Source: Tubiluchus corallicola (lineage: Eukaryota; Animalia; Priapulida). From it: a stretch of 64,000 nucleotides of DNA. The stretch lies in NCBI GenBank assembly GCA_030141605.1, contig JAQGDQ010000032.1, positions 724,065 through 788,064 on the forward strand. Reading direction: 5' to 3'. Position numbers and translations under genes: made by a program. Positions 54,517 to 64,000 of this stretch are shown piece by piece (within the stretch, counting starts at the first letter, position 1; every line of letters begins with the position of its first letter). The notes below the pieces were generated by a model. The model saw only the letters and a program-made list of their open reading frames with translations, had not been told where the DNA came from and did not search any database.

Positions 54517-54722
54517 CAACTGTTGGAGTTAATATATATATATATTGTATGTATGTATGTATGTATGTATATATTGCTGTGCGTGCACGCAGGTTTGTGG
54601 TATTATGAAATGTAGAAAGCGTTTTACGCTTTCTACATTTCATAATACCACAAACCTGCGTGCACGCACAGTAATATATATATATACATACATACGTATA
54701 TATATATTAACTCCAACAGTTG
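54517..54722. repeat. 206-bp foldback palindrome
   Basis: caactgttggagttaatata ... tatattaactccaacagttg; 46-bp perfect inner stem around a TTT loop (54623-54625). Confidence 0.95.
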
Positions 54723-55139
54723 CTCTTCTCCTTCTTGAGTGCTGTTGACTTCGACTTTAAACAAAAAAATCACGAAGAGCGTTTGCAATTTATAAGTCAA
54801 AATCACAATTTTCTTCAAGATTCCAGAATTAAATGAACTTCGTATCTCCTTAATTACTCGAACTAATGAGCTGCAAACGCAACGAAAAGCTGTAATGTCC
54901 TGCTGTAGTGCGTCGTCTGAAGTGTTTGTAAATAATGATTTACAACCTGAAATTCTAATTATATTTGTTACTAGGTTTAAATGGCTTTGTACATGTGCAC
55001 AAAGTTGTGAGAATAAGTGTTAACTTACTACCTTCGAGGGGGGTGGGAATTACAGTCACGTGTTACCTGCCATACACGGTACATACATGGGCAATCTAGC
55101 GCCCTGTTGATTTAGACATGGATTAATGAATGTACGATC

Positions 55140-55265
55140 AGGATGGTTGGAAGGATGGATGATGGATTAGATAGATCAATGAATGGATGGATGGATGGAT
55201 GGATGGATGGATGGATGGATGGATGGATGGATGGATGGATGGATGGATGGATGGATGGATAGACA
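55140..55265 (+). repeat. (GGAT)n microsatellite
   Basis: Direct tetramer run. Confidence 0.95.
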
Positions 55266-57604
55266 GATTCCTGGATGCAAATTTTACAGGAAAATGGTTT
55301 AAATTGTCTTTAATTTTGCTACTATAGGTACTGCTGTTGTCAGCAATTATTGCCTAATACATAACATAACAATTTGTGATTTAATTACAAACGTTTGTCT
55401 TCATCTACTACATGCGAGTATTGCCGATTACCGAGGGAAAACCTATTTAGGCTAGCTTTGCCATTTATAACTGCCACGAACACAGATCAATTCATAAGCT
55501 GAATTGGCACTGTGTCTTAGTGGAATCGCCGTGCGTCTCCATACCAAAACTACCAAATGTCTGTATATGTTTTCCTTGTTCTTTGCATGGAAGTACCACG
55601 AACTTTGATGGAAGTGAGGTGCTTTATAGATGCTCCTAATTATGTGTGATATTCTAGTATCAGCTTAAGTAGCTATATGCTACTTTGTATAGATATACGC
55701 TTCATCAACGTTGTCGCATATTGTACCGAGTACGCGATTGTGGTATTATCTGATCCATTTAATTGTCGTCTACTACACTAAAGTACTGATTTAGTCTATA
55801 CTGCCATCTACACTCTAATTGTACAAAGTTTGTCAGAGAGTGATTTTTTTGTTTCTAAATAGTGTTTCCTTTTGCTTTTAGAAATAGTCATTAATCAGAG
55901 TAATTAGGTTGTTAATTTCATGCTTTTATTCTGGTTCTAACTCTCTTATTCAAATTTAAATAGAGAAAAATTATAACATTATAACACAGCTTTCTGTAAA
56001 CCAATAATCTTTATTCTGCTATCAACGAAGCCAAGTAAACTTTGATTTTGGTTTAACTAGTAGTCTGTAGAGTATAGGTGACCTTTCCATTTATGGTCTG
56101 TATGCATGAATTTAATGTACCTTCCAATCGGAACTTGTATGTCTGGTCATGTGATTAGAGCTTTATTCTCTCAGGCATGCAAGTTCCAGTTGATCAAAAG
56201 ACAGCAATGTTAAAGGTTATGTTTTTGAGTGCAAGGTTTTCTCAATAAATTGTTTGTTGCTTTTATGTCACTGTGTGTGGAGAGAATTTTTATGGCAATG
56301 AAACAAGTTATACAGTTATTCTACATTCCACCATCATCTGTGAACATTGTTTAAGTTTTACAATAAAAAATGATTGCAAATTTCTACAAACGTTTATAAA
56401 AAATATTTTTCCCTGCACTGGATGTAATTGCTATACTGTTGAGAAATTACTACATTAGAAACCATAATTAACCAGAGTAACATTTACGTTTGCCTTATAA
56501 ATTGTTGACGAGAACTGCAGGGCTGTCGGAACTAATAACCTCCTACACTGGGTAATGCTTTTTGCTTCTAGCCTGTTGTATCACTGGTGCAAACAGTAGG
56601 AAAAAACAAAAGAGAAAAAGAAACAGTTATCCTTGGAAAGCACATTTATAATAATACTACAGTACTCTAATACTATTTAAAATCCTAGACACAAGGGTTG
56701 TGAACACGTGCACCAGTTATGTTTGCGTTAATGCATGACAACAATTATGTAAATATACAGACATTATCCCACTGATAAAAGAAAGTTCGAAAACAAACAA
56801 TAAATGTAGAAAACTTCATAATTGCATATATAGATTGACGTGTAGAAAATGAACCGCTTGTAGAAACTTTATAGCTGAATTTGAAGAGAGCTTAAAATAG
56901 ATACTTTTAGACTGAATTGTGTGACTGGTTCATGCTGGTGGTTAAAAGAATAGAAAAGTGCATTGAACTGTGAAAGATTTTATTCGTTATTTACATGAAA
57001 GGAAAACACAGGGTGACAACTCAGCAGCAATTGTAAGAAGAAAAAAGGCACAGGCTGGCCTTGGTAGAGCCACCTAAGTCACATGCACCTACTGAACTTA
57101 CCTGATTAGCTAGTAAAACTCACTAGCAAGCTTCACTACCAAGTATGGGAAGTCCAGCAGGTACCGGTAACTAAGCAACACAGACCAAGGCCGCAGCCTG
57201 GATTAAACTAGAATCAAGTTACTGTAAGAAACAATTTTAAATGTAGTTGGCAGCCTATGTTTAATTGTTGGTTTTATAGTACTTTTAATTATAAAATCGC
57301 AAATGAAAATGTGCGACAATAAAATCAGACAAAGAAAAAGAAATTATACAAACGACCTTTTCGCTTAGAATTTAATTTGTAAGAATCTGTTGGAATCCAG
57401 CAGTAATATTTTTGACGATCACTTTCTGCGCGCATTTCCATTAGCATGTATAAAACACGACATTTTAATTGAAAGAATCAGAGCGGAATGATCAAATCTG
57501 TCTGTAGTGCGTAATTGAACTTGTGCATGTCTCTGTTGTCAGCGACATTACAGCATTGGGCATGAAAAAGGATTAACTCTTGTTGGTAGCGACAGACTGT
57601 GTGC

Positions 57605-57750
57605 TGACTGATTGACTAGCTGACTGACTGACCGACCGACAAACCGACTAAACGACCAACCGACCGACTGACTGGCTGACTGACTGACTGACTGAATGAC
57701 TGATCGGCCGACCGACTGATTGACTGGTTGGCTGACTGACTGACTGACTG
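57605..57750 (+). repeat. (GACT/GACC)n microsatellite, resumes at 58474-58514
   Basis: Tetramer run on both sides of a LINE fragment. Confidence 0.9.
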
Positions 57751-58290
57751 ATTAGATTTAGATTTACATTTCATATTTTATTTCAAACTTTACAGAGTTC
57801 ATATACACATCACAAATTAATACAAATAATACAATAAATCATAACACACAACAATAACACAAATAACAAATAACGATATAACAAACTACGCCAATGATGT
57901 CTAATTACAGAAGTAAAGTTTACATCACTGTTTAAAATGCTCTTGCATATAAAATTTTCGCTCTGATTCAGCCTGACGTGTAAACTGTATGCACATTTTC
58001 TGTGAATCACATCAAAATAAATAAGATTAAGTCTAGTAGAAATATATCTGGCGCTCGTATCATATGAAAAGTTAAACTGCTTCCGTGTTGATACATTATA
58101 CCCAACCTTGAGTTTGCTAAGACTGTAAGAACAAAAATGTCTCCAAGTTGACATACAATAAAAAGTAGTGCAATAAGCATTAAACAATCGTCTCTTCACG
58201 TTAACTGAACAGTGAGTAAATTTCATGAGTAATTTTTTGGCTCTGCCATAGTAAATTGAGCATTGTCGTAATATATCTAAATAGTCTATA
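57751..58290 (-). mobile_element. 3' fragment of CR1/L2-group LINE
   Basis: DILRQC..YGRAKKLLMKFTHCSVNVKRRLFNAYCTTFYCMSTW...LKVGYN is the post-RT region; short (TAAATC)n tail at 57751-57766. Confidence 0.8.
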
Positions 58291-60039
58291 TATAGTCTAT
58301 ATATCTCTATAGTCTTCCGATAAAATATGACCCAGATATTTTTCTTTCTTACTAGGTATAAAATTTTTACACTGCAAAACAACAGACCCAAAAGTAAACT
58401 GCTGAATGTGGGCAGAGCGAAACGTGACAAGTTTAGTCTTATTCACATTTACAAAGATATCATATTCTTTAGCACTGACTGACTGACTGATTCACTGACT
58501 GACTGACTGACTGATAACGAGCCAACTCGTTCAATGGTGATAGAACAGGAAAGTATTTAATCAATCAAAATGGACAGACGAATAAACGAGCGAAACCAGT
58601 AAGTTAATGATCAAATAAACTGCCCCAACAAGTGAAATCAAACGGAGTAAATACCAAAAATGAATTAATTACAGCAGTTATTACCATTATTATCTACATG
58701 CTACATGTAATAATAATCAGATTCAAATCTATAGGTTTAAATAACCACGTGTCATTACTGCTTCTTAACAGGAAAATTAATTCACGTATAAGCATGTGCA
58801 GCGATGATTTCTGAAGAGGCAGAACTCTATAAAATATTGATTATTGCAACACAATACCCAGCGCGTTTAAATTAAGTTTTCGTTTTAATGTCGTGTTTGA
58901 CGGTGCTCTTTGTGGGCGAGATTGCGTAAAGATCGAAAGTGTTTTGACAAATAACGACTTTTAAGAGAGAGGAAGCGAATCTCTCTCTCCTTATTTGATC
59001 ATATGGCTGCCATGCATATTTGCATTTAGTCCGCTAATTTCTTCTTTGCAGTAGGCAGTTAATAAAGGGCAGTTCACAAGAACGCGACACAGGTTTCGCG
59101 AGTTGCAACTACCGAGTCGTGTGAGCACTGTTTGTGTGAAGCCGGAAATCAAGCCTGTGTGAGTGTTTTCGGATGTTCTTACCGGAAACAGGTTTCATAC
59201 CAGCACGATTCATCCAACTCTTCATTGTTCAAGCTGAAAAAATGTTTACTCCCTGAATTACAGAAAGCGTCGTAATTGTGTCTATGTCTAATTATAGTCA
59301 TCGCACAGAGCTGTGAAAAACTATTGTAACTAATTCATCTACGCTCGAGGATTACATACACACAGCCAGATATCTACCGGATGGCACAGAAAAAATGTGC
59401 AGAAGTTTATACTACAATAATATTAGAATTTATTATTATTTTATTTTATTAAGAACATTTATGAAATTGTTCATAAATACCATTTACATTATTTATTAAA
59501 AGGTGAGCCAGTCTATACTGTGAAGTGTACACGAGTTTACATTGGATAAAATTCACATTACTTACATTAAAAATACAGTAACATAAAAAACCAAAAAAAT
59601 GTGTACAACCTGCAAATTTATCAAAATTGGGAGGTATCATTGAACTAAGGTAAAAATATTTTATAAAAATCTATTAAATTTGCAATATTTTAACAAGCAC
59701 GTTTCGGCTAGCTTCCTACAAAATGGATGAATTGAACCATGTCATAACTGATGTCATTCCAAATACTACAAATTCAGTTTGAAAAAGCATATATATATAT
59801 ATATATACAAGTTCAACCTAGAAGAATTGATAAAAACTATATAGTTATGTCCTCTCTAGATGCAAGTGCTCTGCAAAGTTGATAAGTCACAGCGTGATAT
59901 TACAGTGCTTCAGCATTTTACGATGATAGTTACAAGCTTAAAGTTTCAGTTGTGTTTAAGTTATGGCCGAGAAGTGTTTGCAAATTAAATGTCTGGACAA
60001 TGTCAGTTAATCATCAATTGAAAACAACCACGTTCAGTG

Positions 60040-60360
60040 ACGCATAACGGATTCAATACATGGAGCAAATCAACAAAGGAATCAACCAGTTTACATCGTG
60101 GTCATCACAAGAAAAAATAAAGAACTGATAAAGATTTGTTGCCAAGAAAAAGGGGCTTAATACTCTGGATTGCGGTGTTTTAACCAGAAAATGTGCAATG
60201 GCCGCATAGAATCGTTTGATGCAGAAGAACTAAAAGTAAAACTTTTTGAGACTTTGCGCCAAATACACCTTAAAGAAGAGGAAAACGGTATATCAGCTAT
60301 TGGAGAAAACGCATTCGTCTAGTCTAGTCTGTAGTGAAAGTGGTGGACACGTTGTCAGTG
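60040..60360 (+). mobile_element. Degenerate Tc1/mariner-superfamily transposase C-terminal fragment
   Basis: GLNTLDCGVL resembles SPDLNPLDY.VW and SESGGHV the terminal GGH motif; frameshifted. Confidence 0.4.
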
Positions 60361-60629
60361 GTGGACATTTATTTTTTGACTTGTTGTTTTAAAACTTCTC
60401 CGTCTTTGGAAAAATTAAAGAGGATGAATTAAAGTTTTTGGTGCTTATACGCAAGCGTCTGTAACATCAGTATGACAATATTCGTTTGATGTTATAATTA
60501 TTTTCTTATGATATCGTGATGAAAGTTTCGGCATATTTCTTGCGCCACCTGATATAACTTTGTAATTGAATCGCACTAATATGCAAGTTTCACTCAACAT
60601 GTTTTAAATAACAATATAGCGAAGTTAAT

Positions 60630-60726
60630 AATAATAATAATAATAATAATCTATGATGATGGTGATGATGATGTTGATGATGACGACGACGACGACGACG
60701 ACGACGATGATGATGATGATGATGAT
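60630..60726 (+). repeat. Compound (TAA)(TGA)(CGA) microsatellite / SINE tail
   Basis: Direct triplet runs. Confidence 0.9.
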
Positions 60727-60940
60727 AAAAAGGACAAAGACACTTATTTACAGTTACTGGGCAACAGACCACATTAGCCATACTCTACTATAAGCGACAC
60801 ACAACGAATATGACAACACTGAGACGCCACAAATAAATAACAACTGTTTGCGCAAATACAGATGGTCGTGAGATTCGAACTCGGGCTGCAACCAGAGAAG
60901 CACACACAGTCCGTTACCTTAACCACTCGGCCACCCGTAC
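60727..60940 (-). mobile_element. tRNA-derived SINE
   Basis: Minus strand ggtggccgagtggttaagg (A box) ... gagttcgaatc (B box), non-tRNA body, (CAT)n tail; cloverleaf not intact. Confidence 0.75.
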
Positions 60941-61337
60941 TGACTGATGATGATGATGATGGTGATGATAAGAAACTAAGTTGAGATGTCTAGATGTAAA
61001 ACTACGCGCGGCACATTAACAAGTATTTGATTCAAACTAGCAACTGTTAATGTTTGTTTCATTAACAAGTGTTTGGGAAGTCCTTTTTGTTTTAAACATT
61101 ATGGCCATGCAAAACGGCGTGTAATTTTCCAAAATGAATGTATATGTATTTTATTTATTTATTAACCATTGCAAAACGTAAAGATTAAATTGAGCCAAGC
61201 TAAAAGCACTTATGCTGACCTAGTATATAAATAAAATGCAACGGTAATTCTCTGGAATTCAACAGAAGAAATTGAAAAAGAGAGTTAGGGAGAGTTTGGA
61301 GAGAAAGTTGCCATTTATCGACGATAATGTTGTCACT

Positions 61338-62306
61338 GGGTTAGCGATTCGCTTTTGGTCGAAGTTCGACCCGAATCACTACTCGTCTGGACGTTGTTCT
61401 TGTTCTTGTTGTTGGAGGATGGTTCCTCGAAAAAACCTAAGGCTCCGTGAATTTGCAATGGATTATTGTGAAATTTCACACCGCATCGACTGACGGAGTC
61501 GGACTTTCGAGTTTCGATCCATCATTTTAGTTTTATGGCGGCGATAACATAATTTTCGAAAAAGTCTAAGGCTCCACCGGTTCGCTATGGATCGTTACAA
61601 ACTTTACAGGAATGCACTAGAATAAACTTCGCATCGACTGGCAGAATCGGATTTTTCGCATGAGGCTCCGCCATTTCGTAACGGATCGTCATTTTTGTAT
61701 AAATAAACATAATTAAAGCGAATTCCCCGTCGACTGACGAAGGCCGATTGTGAGCGTTCCACCATTTTGAACTCAAGATGGCAGCGAAATCATTTTTTCG
61801 AAAAAGTCTAAGGCACCGCGAATTCGCATGTATCTAAATGAAACGTTGTAAGAAGGTGCTAGATCTTGTTCCGAATGGACTAGAGGAGTCGGATTTTCAA
61901 TCTGCCATTTTCAATTCAAGATGGCGGCGCTAACATCATTTTCGAAAAAAAGCGTCAATTTGCAATGGAATGTCATGAAACTTCATAGGAATATACTAAA
62001 ACGAATTCCTCATCGACTAACGAAAACGAATTTTCGATCCGCCATTTTGAATTGAAAACGTCTTTTTCCAAAGAACCCGAATGCTTTGCCAGGTCACAAT
62101 AGATCATCATGAAACTTCACAGGAATATATTAGAACAAATTCCGCATCAACTGGTGAAGTTGGATTTTCAATCCGCCATTTCAGATTCAAGATGTCGGAG
62201 AGGGTACCAATCGAAAAAAAAGTTTCGCCAATTTGAAATAGTTGAAATGAAATTTATAGAAATATACTAGAACAAATTTTGCATCGCGAACTTGCCTGTA
62301 TAGTTT
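61338..62306 (+). mobile_element. Helentron/HINE-like element with internal ~120-140-bp tandem repeats
   Basis: 5' nested hairpin agcgattcg..ggtcgaa-g-ttcgacc..cgaatcact, short (tgttct) microsatellite, then about seven diverged units with gccattttgaattcaagatggcg / ttttcgaaaaagtctaaggc / catcgactg. Confidence 0.65.
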
Positions 62307-62866
62307 ATAATTCTATAATGTCATTCTAAAGCTGGTTCGTAACGGAAATTAAATGCAAACGGGTAGCCAGACGTTTGCAAATTATTAACAACAAGTCATA
62401 AAAAGCTTTACAAACTGTAGAAGGGAGATTAAAAATCTCGGCTTTGCGGATTTATTTAGGAAGAAACTTAATCACAGAAAATTATTGCTTTCTTACCGGA
62501 TGAAGGATTAATTCCTCCAGCCATTTTCTCCTATGTGCTTTCCTGTTAAGCGCCCAACTTTTAAGCTTTAAAATTAATTGCAAGCTTTTAGTAATTTTCA
62601 GTGTTTTCATAATTAACAATGTAAACCTATTCGCGGCGTTGACTAATTATGTTAATTTATGTTTCAGGTATCACAATGACTTCCCTTGGGAAATTTCCAA
62701 ATTCCTTGATGAATTAACAAAAAAACTTGCCATTCAAAATGAGAATTCGTATCCTGCTGTAAAATGCCTCTGTTGGATTTATTCAAATGCCAGTAATTAG
62801 AATTTGAATTGAAAGTCTGGTCAGCGTGTAGTTTTAAAGATTTGCGCCAGGGCTGTGAAACCGAAG

Positions 62867-63610
62867 ATGGCAAATATATCTTTACAGTCTGCAAACATTG
62901 TGGTAAAAGTCAACTTCCTCATATTTCTAATTGTATTTCTCCTGGAGCTTGTGGTCTCGCTCACAAAAGAACCTTGTGCACTCATTCACCAAGCTTGTGA
63001 AAACAGCATGCGTTGCAGTCACGCCAAATTCAACATGGAAGTCGGTTGTGAGGGTGTGTTGGACCGACGGCGTCCAACAAATTGCTCACTGATCTGTCAA
63101 AAAGCTTTCGTCACTCTGGCTTCCACAAAGCAGGGCTTCAATTTGCTTGAAAACTGTGATTGCGGACGTGACACGCAGTGCCGTCTGATACGCAACGTCT
63201 ATGCGAACATTTGCGCAAGCCGCATACCGCGCGATACGCCCGCAAAGACGACGATTGAATGCCGAAAAGCCAAGTGGTATTGCGAAAGTAACGATCTGTG
63301 TAACGCCACTTTAAACTATCATTTTGAAAAGTGTAGAAACTTGATATTAGGGAGAGAGTGTTCTAGAAAATGCAACGAATCTTTAGCTTTGTTATATAAA
63401 AATCGCATAGCGCAGAACTATTTGCGGCACTGTGACTGCGAAGATTCAATGTGTGCGCGTTATCAGGACAACATAAATAAACTGTGTTTTGGTCAAACAT
63501 CCAGATGTAACAGCTTACATCATAAACGCAGTGAAAGTAAACTTTTACGTTCCCTTCTCCAGATTTCGTCGATAATCGTACTACACTTGTTTGTCAAATT
63601 TTATATGTAA
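62867..63610 (+). CDS. gas1: Growth arrest-specific 1-like protein (two GDNF/GAS1 domains), intronless, 247 aa
   Basis: ATG in gaagATGg context; hydrophobic signal; two 10-Cys repeats (CALIHQAC..RC..GC..CSLICQKA..CDC..C..C and CRKAKWYC..LC..KC..GRECSRKCNESL..CDC..C..LCF); hydrophobic C-terminus suited to a GPI signal. Confidence 0.88.
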   Translation: MANISLQSANIVVKVNFLIFLIVFLLELVVSLTKEPCALIHQACENSMRCSHAKFNMEVGCEGVLDRRRPTNCSLICQKAFVTLASTKQGFNLLENCDCGRDTQCRLIRNVYANICASRIPRDTPAKTTIECRKAKWYCESNDLCNATLNYHFEKCRNLILGRECSRKCNESLALLYKNRIAQNYLRHCDCEDSMCARYQDNINKLCFGQTSRCNSLHHKRSESKLLRSLLQISSIIVLHLFVKFYM

Positions 63611-64000
63611 GATTTATGGACAATTTCAGTCTGTAATTCGATTCAGATAATTTAGTTACTTGTGTAAAAATGCTAAGCTGTGCCTGACATTTGTAGGTAC
63701 CGTCACCTGTCCTTCAAATTGTTTGAATTGATTGTTTTAAAAACTTTTTATGGAACAGAATAATTAAAATCTGAAATCAACTGAATCCCTGAGTCTGTCA
63801 GTGACTCAGTGGTGCCACCTTGGTCTAAGCTCAAATAGCAGCCACCTGTAAGTAGTCTTGGCTCTTTGTGCTTTTATCTGTAATCTTTTAACTCATCTCT
63901 GAACATTGAAGTTCAAAGTTGAAGTAACCTGGCGACAGTTGTCTAAACTACGTCACAACGTCTTCTCACCAAACTTGCTAGTTTTAGAGAGAAAGTCACA

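Noticed and set aside
56780-56990. Mariner C-terminus-like VKRIEKCIEL
   Set aside because: Single short motif without other transposase landmarks or TIRs.
60863-60940. tRNA gene
   Set aside because: A and B boxes present but anticodon and acceptor stems do not form; continues into a SINE body and tail.
61420-62290. CRISPR-like repeat-spacer array
   Set aside because: Whole units are homologous (no unique spacers), eukaryotic context, no cas genes.
62855-62866. GTG start given by the ORF track for the GAS1-like ORF
   Set aside because: Eukaryotic gene; in-frame ATG with good context at 62867 is preferred.

Overview
AT-rich, intron-containing genomic DNA from an invertebrate animal; no prokaryotic features. 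The first ~33 kb has no convincing full gene and is mostly transposon debris (LINE fragments, a Helitron with its empty-site paralogue, a 5S-rRNA-headed SINE with an RTE-type tail and 22-bp TSD, a 2.4-kb inverted duplication), microsatellites, enhancer-like islands and one short PHD-finger-like ORF. The main gene is a 13-exon minus-strand receptor (50872->36532, ~1397 aa by my hand splicing): signal peptide, nine LDL-receptor class A repeats (one phase-1 exon each), a somatomedin-B domain, a Cys-rich ectodomain and a class-B/Methuselah-like 7TM domain. An intact intronless class-A GPCR (45763-46734) is nested antisense in one intron, and two decayed copies of it lie just past the host gene's 3' end. 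An intronless GAS1-like gene is at the right end. All calls are from reading the sequence by eye; no searches were run.
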